Shown here: positions 13,060-26,081 of the stretch, one piece after another | Layout: every line of letters starts with the position of its first letter | Numbering within the stretch: the stretch's first letter is position 1 | Assembly (NCBI GenBank): GCA_964016885.1 | Contig: OZ024740.1 | Coordinates: forward strand, 163,556,001-163,620,000 | Source: Eledone cirrhosa | Lineage: Eukaryota | DNA length: 64,000 bases | Reading direction: 5' to 3' | Translations under genes and position numbers: made by a program | Notes under the pieces: generated by a model | What the model saw: only the letters and a program-made list of their open reading frames with translations | What the model was told of the DNA's origin: nothing | The model's database searches: none

Positions 13060-13349
13060 CTGAATGTTTCCAAAAATATACAACAAATCTGCTAACACAA
13101 TATCACTTACATTATGTCAATAAAGCAAATGTTGCCGCTGTTTCTCTTCTAGCTTTTTTAAACAATCATGAAATATTTGACTGACAATTATAATAGTATT
13201 TTCAATAACATTTTTGATTGAAACAAATCGATTTTCTATTTTATAATTTCTCTTGCATTATTCTTGAAAATGTTATTCTTCTTAATTTATGACTATTTGT
13301 AATTTTCAGTCTTGATTTTGTCTTTGTTTTTTCAATGGAGGTAAATATA

Positions 13350-16300
13350 GATTTCTAGCTTGGCACATTGCCATATTTTGGAGAAGGCTGTAACCAAATA
13401 AATCGACCTTAGAACTTGACAGGTATTTTATGTTATCGACTCCGGAAGGATGAAAGGCGAAGTTGACCTCAGTACAATTTGAACTCAGAGCTTTAAAGGT
13501 CGTAACTGAATACCACAGGGGTTTTGTTCGACGCCTAACGACTCTGCCAATCTAGTATGTTGTTAAATATAAACGAACTCTGTAAGTGGGGCAAACGTTT
13601 TGTAAGTAGCAGTTATAACGGTTATCTATATTTCATTATGGTCGAGGCCGGTTTAACAGTAGAATAGTAGTATTTAGTTGTGTATCTACGTTTCGAGTTC
13701 AAATCTCACTCAGATCGATTTTGCTTTTCATTCTTCTGGGTTTGATAAAATGGATGAGTTAAATACTGGTTTCTATTTTAAGCAGAAGGCCGATTAAATC
13801 TACACCTGTGCGTTACTGGTATTCTATTTTAGCGACTCAGAAAAGGATGGAAGGTAAAGTTGACCTTGGAAAGCCAGTTGAATAGTAGAATAAATTATAA
13901 TCAACTACCTTCTTCTCCGATTTAATTGGTAGAACGTCAGTATTTAGTTGTGTGCCTTTAGGCTCTGAGTTCGAATCCCACCGCGGTCAAATTTGTCTTT
14001 TATTTTTCTGGACTCTATAAAATAAGTACCAGTTAATTATCAAGTGTATCCCCTCCCCTCAAAATGTGTGGCATTTTGCCAACGTTAAAAACAGTATTTA
14101 AAAGAGGTGGGTGCCAGAACTGGTAGAGCGCCAAACAAAAAGTATATGCCTTTTTTAGCTTCTTTGTTGTTGTTGTTGTGTTTCTCTCTTGTCATCACTG
14201 ATCGAACAACCCCTTGATCGAAGACATTCAGAGCTCGCCAATCTCATCTAATTAGGATTATTTGTGGATTGGCAGTATCGGTAGAGGGTCGGACGCCATG
14301 CTTTGTAACAAAGAGTTACAGCCCTTTATGATCTGAGTTCAAATCCCGCCGAGGTTAACTTTGCCTTTCATCCTTACGGGGTCGATATAATAAAGTACCA
14401 GTAATACACTGGGGTAATTGTTGGCCTTGTGCCAAAAGTAGAAATTATTATTTAGGATTACATTATCTAACGAGTTATTCCATTATTTGTTGATATTCTT
14501 GTTCAGTCCCACCCAAATCAGCCTTTCTTGAACTGGCCTATGAACAAAGGTTTTTCAACCATGATCATTCCTAATATGGTTTCGGAAATTGTGTATCTAG
14601 GAATTACATTATCCAATGTGTCCTTTTTAAGATGCTATGATAGGGTTTGAGGAGAATGTGGCTGCATTTTCTAGTCGGTTGAGTTATCATACGGAGTCTT
14701 CCTCGTTGGCTCACAAAACGTTCTCGTAAAAAAATGGTATGGTGCTTTTTATGGAGAATCTAGCTGCTATTTCTAGCATGTCAATATGCCACGTAGAAGT
14801 TCCCTCCTTCACTCGTTTTGTATTTCTATTCTTATACATCGTGAGGAATTTCCCGATCCGGTAAAGCGTCGGGGCTAAGTGGACTCATATATTTAGTTTT
14901 GTCACACTTTGTTCTAATTCCAAACACCACTGGAGTTGCCTTTGCCTATACATTGCTTTGTACTCAATAAAAGAAAAGAAAATGAGTCAAGGAAATACCT
15001 GAAATTCTTCCAATAAAGCTGCAAAGTTAAACGTACTAAAACCTGAACCTTTACCTGGTTGTTTGACCTGCTAGTATAGAGAACCAACTCGTTTTCAATC
15101 CTGGCCCTACTAACCTAAAATAAGAAAGATACATTAAATAATTGTTTCTACTTTTGGCAAAAGGCCAGCAATTATCCCAGTGTATTACTGGTACTTTATT
15201 CTATCGACCCCGTAAGGATGAAAGCAAAGTTAACCTCGGCGGGATTTAAACTCTGAATGTAAAGGGTCGTAACTCTATGCTGCAAAGCATGGCGCCTGAC
15301 CCTCTACCGATACTGCCAATCCACCCCCTTTACATTAAATAATGGTTTCTACATTTGGCGCAAGGCCAGCAATTACCCAGTGCATTACTGGTACTTTATT
15401 TTATCGACCCCGTAAGGATGAAAGGCAAAGTTGACCTCGGCAGGAATTATAATGATCTGAGGTTCATCAAGGTGATTCGGAGTTTCTTCAGTTTTATGTG
15501 GGTTTCTTTCAGTAAAAAAAAGTAATGGTAAAGGGCATTTAACTCTTTGTGGAGTCGTAAGGGCACCGTCCTGATATACGGCATGGTACTTTATTTATCA
15601 ACCGCGAAAGGATGAAAGGCAATTTTTCTTTGATTATTTTATCTTTACAAGGAGGTTCTAAAATTATTTATGAACAGTCTACTCGTATTTTCTCATCAGG
15701 TTTGGGATTTATTGATTTAAACATAGAGCTATTCAGTTCCATCGGATCAGTTGGAGACGGTTGCTTCTGACAAGACCCACTGGAAGGAGTTTTTGAGGAT
15801 TCTTCCCCCACGACCCTCCCATAAATAAGTGGGCAAAGAAGAAAAAGCAGAAGCTATTCAGTTCTTTTGCTGGCCTCCATTGGACCCGTTTCTACGCCAG
15901 TCATTCACACGTCAATACGGATGTTCCAGATCCTCCTGCCATATTTTCCTTGGTCAGTAAAAAATATATTTTTAATGTAAAAACAGAATTTAAAAAAATA
16001 TATTTTGATAATATTGTTTTTGTTGTTAAAGTATTATTTTTATATGTATTCTTTCTTGCTTGCTTTTCCTATCCCTCTCATTTGATGTGAAGACATTCAT
16101 TTGGTTAATATAATTAGATTATTAACTATGTGGTGTTCCATTGCTCTAAGCGGAAGACGTATAAGATACAGAAAGAGGATTGTGAATATATATGAAACTA
16201 AAGTGGGATTATTAAACATTAAATATACAGACAGTATAACATCTTGAGTCACTTATTTATAAAAATGAATTTAGAAAGAAACATAAAGAAACGAAATTAT

Positions 16301-16600
16301 TTTAATATACTTATACGCAAAATGGATGCACCAATGGTTATAATGCTTATATGTAATATTTCGGGATAGTTACTTTTACATGAAAATCTTAGGACTCACC
16401 ATCATTATAAGCAGTGTTACAATACCACGTATGAAAATAGACTAAAACATCTGCCCTGAATTCAAATCCCACCGAGGTTAACTTTGCTTTTCATCCTTAC
16501 GGGGTTGATAAAATAAAGTACCAGTCACATTCTGGAGTCGATTTAATCGACTTTCCCCTCCTCTCAAATTCTTGGCCTTGTGCCTAAATCAGAAACCATT
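13350..16600. mobile_element. Cluster of tRNA-derived SINE copies in both orientations, at least two families
   Basis: Recurrent gagttcaaatccc(g/a)ccgaggttaactttgcctttcatccttacggggtcgata..aaagtaccagt with a B-box-like GTTCAAATCC at ~13350-13550(-), 13690, 13965, 14335, 15150-15450(-) and 16460. A second family has ggctgctatttctagc at ~14660 and 14760. Confidence 0.8.
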
Positions 16601-18439
16601 ATAAGTCTGTCTAATCCAGGTTGATCTGGAGTTGAACAACATCAACAAATAAATACCAGTCATGTATTAGGGCCTATACTCTTACTCTACAAATATGTAA
16701 ACTTCTGCTACTGTTAAAAATCCTTATTATTTGAGGTACTGAGGGTGCCTCTACATGGCCGCTCGACTTGCTAGATATGGCAGTGGAATTCCCCAAATCT
16801 CGCTCTACTTAATGCATTATGTCTAAAAACAAAAAGCAACAACACGGTAGTCACGGTTGGACGCGTTTCCTCATAAGGTTACTCAATCGGGGACTAAAGA
16901 AAACAACAACGATAGATATTACTAAATTACTCTATTCCTAGAAAGAGGCACAGCATGGCCGAATTATTAAGTTCGCTTTACAGTCAGATGGTTCCCGGTT
17001 CGGACTTACTCTGTTTCGTCTTGGGCAAGTATTTTCTTCCGTAGTCTCGGATCTACTCAAGACTTGTGAATGAACTGATACCACCACCAGTAGTAAGATA
17101 CTTTAATCCTCGATTTTCCTTCACTTTCTCCCTCTTGTCACTTCAGCCAATACCGTATTGTATTTTACATTCATTTAAGTAAGAGAGAGAGATGTTGTAT
17201 TTAATATTCGAAGATAGGTAGGCAATTATAAATAGCTGACAGTTTGGCTACTGACTATCTTGTCAATACTATGTAAGATAGGGGTCGGGAGGAATGTATC
17301 AAATTACCATTTCCAAACAAATCTAGCACAAGTAGTTGGCATATGACACATGTGTTTTATTATGAAAGATATATTTATCATAAAAACGTTCTTTTACTTT
17401 TCTCATAATCGATCAACTATTTTAAAGAACAAATAAACCGTAAAATGTTTATATTTAATTATGATTCTTTTTAAAAAATCAATGTTTGAACACAGATAAA
17501 CAGAGCAAATTTTCTGTCTCCTGTATATTTTATATTCTTCCTTGTCTCTTGTTTGTGTGTTCATGCTTATATTTGATATATACAAATGAAACTGAACTGT
17601 GTTTTACATAGTAAACATTCTCTAATCATCTATATCTCTGTTTCTTGAATAATCTGTTTATAAAATCAACGTATTTCGACTGTATAATAAGAAACATTTA
17701 CATATTTTTAAGTAGATAATAATCTAGTTATAGACAATAATAAAGAAACATTCCTTCGTCTCCAGTTACTTCATTTCACACACATTTCATTTTGTACAAT
17801 ATCTACTATCATGTATGTATCATGTGAGCCTTTCACAAGGCCATTAACGATGAAAGCAAAACCAACTGAAATGGTATCTGCCAAGTTCTCCATTTAAAGC
17901 GTACCAAACTTACCTCTACTCTGTGCAGATGTAATGAATTTATGTACTGACAACAGCATGGCCAACTGATTAAGAAGCTCACTTTGCAACCACGTAGTTT
18001 GTGGTTCAATCCGAGTGAAACAACTTAAGAAATTCCTTTCTATCAACGCTATTGATCAACTGAAGCCTTTAGTAGGGAATTATGATTGAAGACGATGCTC
18101 CAGTGTGACTGCAGACAAATGACTAAAACAAGTAATATAATTTTAATAACTATTTTATAGAGAGAAAGGATGTACGAGTGTGTGATAGGCAGAGAGATAC
18201 AGATACTTAACATGTTTTATCGTTTGGTCGGGAAATGAAGGACAATACTCACGACCTTTTAATTTTCAGTACCTCCGAAACTAGTGAAAAGAAAGGAGGA
18301 AATTAATCTCAATCAAGAGACCTATCCCGTATACTAAACAACCACAGAGAAATTCGCAACTGACTGGCGTACAGTCTGTATTTTGTAAAAACTCTATCGT
18401 CTGGTTCATTCATTCATCCACAACATTTACTACACATAC

Positions 18440-18630
18440 TTAAATATGGAATGTGATGCCCCCCACCCCTCACAGCTCCGGCGGACAGGATGGAATAGGC
18501 GTTTCCCCGGAGGATGGTAAGTGAGACGCGCTGGAAAAGCCATTCCAACTCGCGGCTAGCCAGCTCAGCGCCTATGGTGGTGAGTAGGGAGGTAGCCCTC
18601 GGGCCGAGGACACCGGAAGTCTCCACTTGC
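18440..18630 (-). mobile_element. CRE-like non-LTR retrotransposon 3' fragment (RLE C-terminus)
   Basis: ETSGVLGPRA..WLFQRVSLTILRGNAYSIL matches the ETxGxxGxxA..FQRxSxxxxRGNA motif of CRE-clade RLE ends. Confidence 0.75.
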
Positions 18631-19641
18631 TGCAGAGTTAACTCAGTTATAGGTACCCAATGACCAGATAGTGGTTAAGTTGGACGACGGATTAAGTCAG
18701 CTACTCAAGAGCTCAGAATGCGTATAGTCGGAACAAATGCCGTAGTGTATATTGTTCGATATTCTAACTATACGACCCGTTGGTCGAATTATACCATGAA
18801 TTCCAATGACTAGCTTTCTTCAACGAGTTGCACTGATTCTGCCTAAGGATGTTATATTACGGCTACACGTGTCTGTAAAATACTTCATCCACTTATGCAT
18901 TAGTTCACGAATCGAGCGTTCAATTGATCGAAGTGAATTTTCATCGTAGAAACCAACGGAGGATCTATCATTATCGTATGGGAAATCAATAGTGAGAAAC
19001 AATTTAATTAAATACTAGCTTATGTCTAGTTTCTATACCATATGGAATTACTTTTATTCAATCGTAGTTTGTCAGATTTTATTTAGTTGAACCAATGATC
19101 AACCAATGTTTAAAGGGGTGAAGATGATCGAAATAAAAAGAGATATGATTGATTAGTGATTAGTTTCTATTTATAAACATTTAGAAATGTATTTTTTTTT
19201 ATATTTTGCGACTAATTGATACCTACTTTTTCAATATAGTTAATATTATTTACATAAAGTATAGATTTTTTGTTTGTAGTTCTTCATCTTATTTTTGTTT
19301 TTTCTTGGTAAATCATTTTATTTTCTAATTGATATTTTTTCTTTCTAAAATCGATAATCCTAGTTTTAATTTCCTCACTGATTTACTGTTGACTCGTCCA
19401 TTATTGTTGATTTATAAGAATTATCAAATCATTCGGAATCGTCTTAGTTTTATATTGAAAACAAAAATATATACACTCTTAAAGGTTCTGCAAACAAGTC
19501 AATATGTCTGCTTTGTAGACTTTTTCCGGTTTAACAACCACCACCTAGTCATTGGGTGTCTTTGACGAAGCCCATTCTCTTGCAGTTGTTCGAACAAGGT
19601 GTCCGGTCAGGAGATAGTTGAACAGGCAGACAGCAGGCAGG

Positions 19642-19682
<41 letters not shown>

Positions 19683-19903
19683 CAATTAAGTTAAAGTGTA
19701 CATCTACATATGTATACGGAAGTACTAGTATGCATATAAATACACATATGTATACATATGTACATGTACCGAGCTTTTCACTAGACACTTTACAGTGAGT
19801 GTCCAGCTAGTCTGTATGTAAACACACAGACGAACCGGGTTTTAAAGTCATACGGGTTTTCAAGGAAACACACTTCCTCTATTCTCCAGAGAGCCAGACA
19901 GGA

Positions 19904-19946
19904 ATATTGTACTAGTTTCGATGTTATTACATCTCATCAGCAATAT
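19904..19946 (-). ncRNA. Type I hammerhead ribozyme
   Basis: Reverse complement reads ATATTG CTGATGA GATGT aata ACATC GAAA CTAG TA CAATAT. Confidence 0.9.
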
Positions 19947-20336
19947 ATACCTATCTTCTGGCTTCTCCGGAGAATTGTAAAAGCACATATCGTTATATGC
20001 TTTTTCTATGAAAATCAGTAGTGGGCAGACTAATTTGCATAGAACGTGAGTCATTGTACGCGCCGGTTCAGCGGAAACGATAAAAACAAATAACGAAACG
20101 AAATTAAATTTCGTTTCGCTTCTAACTCACTTTTGTATGACTGACGCTTAAACAATTAAGTTAAAGTGTACATCTACATATGTATACGGAAGTTTATTTT
20201 TATCGTTTCCGCTGAACCGGCGCGTACAATGACTCACGTTCTATGCAAATTAGTCTGCCCACTACTGATTTTCATAGAAAAAGCATATAACGATATGTGC
20301 TTTTACAATTCTCCGGAGAAGCCAGAAGATAGGTAT

Positions 20337-20379
20337 ATATTGCTGATGAGATGTAATAACATCGAAACTAGTACAATAT
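20337..20379 (+). ncRNA. Type I hammerhead ribozyme, predicted cleavage after GUA at 20373
   Basis: Stem I ATATTG/CAATAT, core CTGATGA 20343-20349, stem II GATGT/ACATC, GAAA 20364-20367, palindromic stem III ACTAGT. Confidence 0.92.
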
Positions 20380-20806
20380 TCCTGTCTGGCTCTCTGAAGA
20401 ATAGAGGAAGTGTGTTTCCTTGAAAACCCGTATGACTTTAAAACCCGGTTCGTCTGTGTGTTTACATACAGACTAGCTGGACACTCACTGTAAAGTGTCT
20501 AGTGAAAAGCTCGGTACATGTACATATGTATACATATGTGTATTTATATGCATACTAGTACTTCCGTATACATATGTAGATGTACACTTTAACTTAATTG
20601 TTTAAGCGTCAGTCATACAAAAGTGAGTTAGAAGCGAAACGAAATTTAATTTCGTTTCGTTATTTGTTTTTATCGTTTCCGCTGAACCGGCGCGTACAAT
20701 GACTCACGTTCTATGCAAATTAGTCTGCCCACTACTGATTTTCATAGAAAAAGCATATAACGATATGTGCTTTTACAATTCTCCGGAGAAGCCAGAAGAT
20801 AGGTAT

Positions 20807-20849
20807 ATATTGCTGATGAGATGTAATAACATCGAAACAAGTACAATAT
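20807..20849 (+). ncRNA. Type I hammerhead ribozyme with mutated stem III palindrome (ACAAGT)
   Basis: Same as 20337-20379 shifted by 470 bp, with one T>A at 20839. Confidence 0.85.
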
Positions 20850-21136
20850 TCCTGTCTGGCTCTCTGGTGAATAGAGGAAGTGTGTTTCCTTGAAAACCCG
20901 TATGACTTTAAAACCCGGTTCGTCTGTGTGTTTACATACAGACTAGCTGGACACTCACTGTAAAGTGTCTAGTGAAAAGCTCGGTACATGTACATATGTA
21001 TACATATGTGTATTTATATGCATACTAGTACTTCCGTATACATATGTAGATGTACACTTTAACTTAATTGTTTAAGCGTCAGTCATACAAAAGTGAGTTA
21101 GAAGCGAAACGAAATTTAATTTCGTTTCGTTATTTG

Positions 21137-21177
<41 letters not shown>

Positions 21178-21453
21178 CAACTAGAAATTGATTAACATAT
21201 AAATAAACATATGAAACAATCACAGGGGATAACTTTTACAAGTGTGCAAGCACACATAGCTAGGTAGGTAACTAAATAAAGTTAACTAGAACTTCAAAAA
21301 TAGATACCTTATAATATGATTAATCTTCCCTGTATATATTCCATTAAAGAAATATATTTCACCAATTAATCGAATGGTAAACCACGGAGGCCTTTCTGGC
21401 ATGACACCCATAATTTTGATTTAGATTAAATTCACTTTGATTTATCTTAATTT

Positions 21454-21496
<43 letters not shown>

Positions 21497-21499
<3 letters not shown>

Positions 21500-21657
21500 C
21501 CTAACCTGTACGTCAATACTCATCTTTTTCCATTTCTCCGAGGGTTCTTAACCCCACTATCAGGGTAAATAATTCTTTAATTTCTTTAGTCAAAATACGG
21601 CGATAGCTTACATTTATAATAATTTCAAACTCGCTCGCTGATTCTAAAATATTAGTA

Positions 21658-21660
<3 letters not shown>
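21497..21660 (-). repeat. Short dispersed repeat embedded in (TA)n; related copy at ~47935-48075 (+)
   Basis: Shared gcgagtttgaaatta..ctgatagtggggtt..aaccctcggagaaatggaaaaagatgagt. Both copies are flanked by TA repeats. Confidence 0.75.
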
Positions 21661-21700
<40 letters not shown>

Positions 21701-23399
21701 TGTAATAAACAACATAAGGCAATTATTTCATTTACTATATATATAGTTATGTAATAAACAACATAAGGCAATTATTTCATTTACTTTGTATGTTGGAGGA
21801 AGCCTGTAGTGCGTGTGTATGTGTGTACACGCGCATGTGCGCATATGCGTATGTGTATGCGCGTGTGTGTGAGCGTGCGCGTGTGTGTGTTATTATTTAT
21901 GGTGTGTCTTTTTTGTCCCGTAACATACACCTTGCTGTGTTTGTTCCAGCTTTTTACGTGGCCTACAAAGCCGGTAGACTCAGTTTGTCACTTGGCATAA
22001 CTCCACTCCGGGTTTGAGGTGGCTTCAGTGGTGTCTGCTCAATTGCTAGCACTCGAGCCTTATGTTCGATTTGAAGATACTTTCCTCTCTCACTCTCTGC
22101 ATCTTTTCCTCTTCTCTACCAACCCCGGAGACTGAGGATACAGCCTCTTCTCCTGATTGAACGATAAAAATGATAATAGTTAACGAATATAGCAGAGAAC
22201 CATAATACTGAATTCAAATTCATTTCTGGATTGTGGAATGTTCCTGTTAAGGTAATTTGCCCTTTATATGTGGTATAAAGTCTTCAAGATCTAATAATTT
22301 ATAGGACTGGCACACATACCAGTAATAGACGTTGCTATATTTGGTTAGATGTTTCAATGCGTATAAGTTTGATATACAATGCCAGGAAGCAACTTGTGAA
22401 TAATCTTCAAATCTAAAAAGAGTTTTTCGTTAGCGGCATATGATATATAAATATTTGGAAACGAAGCCAACAAAAAGCATTTTATCGAAGTTATATTTTT
22501 GCATAACAGTTTAAGAAATGGAAATTATTTGACAACGGTTCCTAATATATGTGTGTAATCAGTGGGACACTAGCTACTAAATCAAAGAACAGACGTCTGT
22601 AATTAGCAATGTCTTTCATTTTATGAGCGACTGGGATAAAATACACTGGGACAAAACCATTTAATCTACGACTATAGTTTATTGTTCACCTTTCTCACTC
22701 TCTTTCTATTTTTTGCTCTCTTTTTCCCTCTCTACTTCTCTCACTCACTACCTATATATCCATCTATTTCTAACTCTATCCCTTTTTATTTTTCTCTATA
22801 TATATTCTACGTACACACACACACACACACACGCACACACACACACACATATACGCGCACGTGCGCGCATGCACACACAAGCACACAAGCACACTTTTTC
22901 TACCCTTTACTTATTCTAGGCACCCATAAACACCATAAAGTCCTCAGGTTGTTGATCTTTCATAGCTAAATAGGTATGAAGGTATTTCATGCAGAGAAAT
23001 ATTTATGCAGCGGAGAAATAAGTGCAATTATCTCAATGACTAATATAATTTTAATCATTTCAGAAAATACGGAAGGCAACTGTGGATATGTTTTGGTCCT
23101 ATTAAGCCTCCATCAACGAAGCGCAATTTTTACCGCAGTTGCTGAAGTAGTGACTCCTTTTGATAATGGATGGTAAATCCGAAAATATTTGGGATAATTA
23201 AAAATTGTTAAAGTAACTTTCTATAGTCCTTGCTCTTTTACTTTACATCACTGTGTTCTTTTTTACTTCTACTTTCTTATTACCTTGGCATTTTTACCAA
23301 ACACACATTGTCGGGCTTCCAAATAGCCAAACGTATTTCTTATTTGTATTTGTATCTCATATATATATTCGTACCTCATGTATATCTCAGATATATATA

Positions 23400-23520
23400 G
23401 GTACGTGTCTGAGTGGTTAGAGAATTGGATTCACAATCGTGAGGTTGTGAGTTCGATTCCCGGACCAGGCGATGCGTTATGTCCTTGAGCAAGACACTTT
23501 ATTTCACGTTGCTCCTTCTA
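23400..23520 (+). mobile_element. tRNA-derived SINE head
   Basis: A-box-like tgtctgagtggtta, B-box gagttcgattccc, then gtccttgagcaagacact core-like segment. Related heads at ~16955 and ~17960. Confidence 0.7.
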
Positions 23521-23647
23521 CCTGAAGTTGCAACCGATAGATAGTATTAGCAATTGGAAAGACCAATGGAAACAATGTGTTTCCTCGGTCTGGTTTGATG
23601 AAAGTCGATCGACTGAAAATTGCAAACTTGACTGTCACCACTGAATA

Positions 23648-23686
23648 TGAACCTGAAGATTGCGAAAGCATGAAAGTACTTGTTCA
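23648..23686 (+). ncRNA. Minimal type I hammerhead ribozyme (U.U at base of stem II)
   Basis: TGAAC CTGAAGA T TGC gaaa GCA T GAAA GTAC TT GTTCA. Stem I TGAAC/GTTCA, palindromic stem III AGTACT, CUU triplet. Confidence 0.8.
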
Positions 23687-23866
23687 ATTAACATTTAACA
23701 TTTAATATTCTACCATACTATTTCATTATAATATCATTATAATTTTAAAGGATTGTAAATAAAACGAGTAAATCAGACAAAGTTGGAATTCCTTTTATTA
23801 ATATAATCTTCTATACATAATCATACACATCCGTGTATATTTATATATATATATATGTATATGTAT

Positions 23867-23919
<53 letters not shown>

Positions 23920-25821
23920 CACAAGCGCATGAACGTACGAACAAACTACCAATGATCAAAGTGATTTATAAATTCGATTGCAAATGGGATTTGTAAACTT
24001 TACGGCACCAACTGATAAAAGAACTCCCGGCCATTTACATTTTCGGTTCAATTAATGACGCACCTTACAACACTGCAACGGTGTGTCATGACAGGAAATC
24101 AATATTTTCCTCTCAAAAATAAAAAGTGGAAAAGGAGAGATTTGCAAAACATTAAAAAGATTTTCTATTTGTCTGACACTCATATTACGTACATCATACA
24201 TACATGATGATGGCTTCCCCCTCGTTATCAAGTATGGCCATTGCACGATATAACATTATTAATAATTATCAATTGATGCTATCGTGCAATGCTTGTGCGT
24301 GAAGATTTTGTTAAAGTGAGGAAAGACTGAGCCAATCCCACATACATACATACATACATACATGATTGCTTTATCTCGATTTTGAAAATTGCGGGCACCA
24401 AACCGAGTATTTCCATGTTCCTGTTAATTTCATAGAAGATGCGTCGCCGGAACCGACAGTGGTCCAACATACACAATACAATGTCATCCTCTTTCTGTTT
24501 GTCACATGTTTTAAGCTATGCGAGAAACACCATTTAATGCATGTTATATTTTGAGGTTATGTAACGTTAAGCCAATACAACATCAATGAGAGAGCAGTGG
24601 ATAATTCCAGCATTCACTAAGTTTACGTCATATATATGGACAGATAACTCCTGATAGAATTGTAGGGGCGCTGTTGTGACATACAGAGTATCTTGGGCAT
24701 TTTAAACATGGCGGAGCCGATCCACTTTCCAGGTCTGAACACAGTCGAATTCTTCAAAAGAACAAGAGAGAGAGGGGTAGAGAGAGATATAGAAGAAAAA
24801 TCGACTCCAGTACTAGACTGATACTTTTTTATTGATCTCCAAAGGATAAAAGGCGAAGTTTTACGTCATATAACACCGCCTAATCCCAATACAGGAGAGC
24901 TAATCTACACTGTCGTTGTAGCTACTAGAAATAGCAGTCAAATTTCCCTCAAGTAGCAGCCCATCATTTAAAAGAAATGGATGGACATATTGGTAAACGT
25001 AGTCTTAGATACGCCATTCCTGAAAAACATAGGTAGTTTGATCACAAGTGGAATTTTTTCTGTCATAGTTCTGCTCTCTAGTTGATATGGAAATAAACAA
25101 CAGTATTTAGATCTTCTTTATTGACAGTTATTATTCTGCAGTGAGCATCTCTGAATCTACAAAGACTTGAGAAAATTATATCAGACGAAATTGCTGATAA
25201 TATTACGTCTTCCAATATTCCAAGCCTACTCACAAATATTTATAGCTAACCAAGATTTCACCCTATCTGATTGTTCTTTGTAAATTATGTATCAATTTGA
25301 GTATTTTTAGAAAGATACGGTCATACAAGAAAAATTACAAGGTTAATTATTGTTGTTATAATTATTATTGTTATATGAAAGAAAGAAATAAAGAAATAAA
25401 GAAGAAAAAAAACAAAGAAAGAAATAAAGAGAGAAAGAAAGAAAGAATCTAATAAACACTACAATACTATTTTCAGAAATATATGTTATATTTTTGTGCT
25501 GCTGTCTGTTGCGTGTTTATTACCTTTAATTTATTTCAAATATATGACAAATAATACCAAGTTTCGCTGAGATATGAAATATAATTCCTATGTGCATTTG
25601 TCGATGCTATTATCTCTACTTCAAAGAGACTATATCAGATGCTCTTCTCTAAATACGTACATAATACGCTGAGTTGTTTCAGGAAAGGAAAAATATAAAT
25701 ATAATGCGATATTGTTTATACAAACCAATAACATATTTGTATTATTGTTTGTTATGCTGTGAGCGAAGATATATATATGTATGTATGTATGTAATATGTA
25801 TTTATATATCTGTACATAAAT

Positions 25822-25904
<83 letters not shown>

Positions 25905-25927
25905 TATATAAATATAAATATATAAAT

Positions 25928-25976
<49 letters not shown>

Positions 25977-25985
25977 TATATAAAT

Positions 25986-26081
<96 letters not shown>

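Larger units (their letters stand above)
19681..21141. mobile_element. Non-coding hammerhead-containing 470-bp repeat array (retrozyme / non-autonomous Penelope-like): ~1.1 inverted units + 2 direct units inside (TA)n
   Basis: Inverted arm 19681-20193. Direct units have a 470-bp period (tatcgtttcc at 20201 and 20671). (TA)n on both flanks. One hammerhead per unit. Confidence 0.9.

Noticed and set aside
18820-19002. 60-aa minus-strand ORF
   Set aside because: No homology or convincing splice signals.
19860-20893. Repeated 64-aa ORF MTHVLCKLVCP.. in the 470-bp unit
   Set aside because: Its ATG is lost in the 49687-50642 subfamily while the RNA structure is kept, so it is unlikely to be coding.
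23064-23171. Possible plus-strand exon (AG..GT bounded)
   Set aside because: No recognisable peptide and no partner exons identified.
23400-23470. tRNA gene
   Set aside because: No proper acceptor stem, and it continues into a SINE core sequence.
24400-24570. Possible piggyBac C-terminal Cys-rich remnant
   Set aside because: Too degenerate, and no TIR or TTAA evidence.
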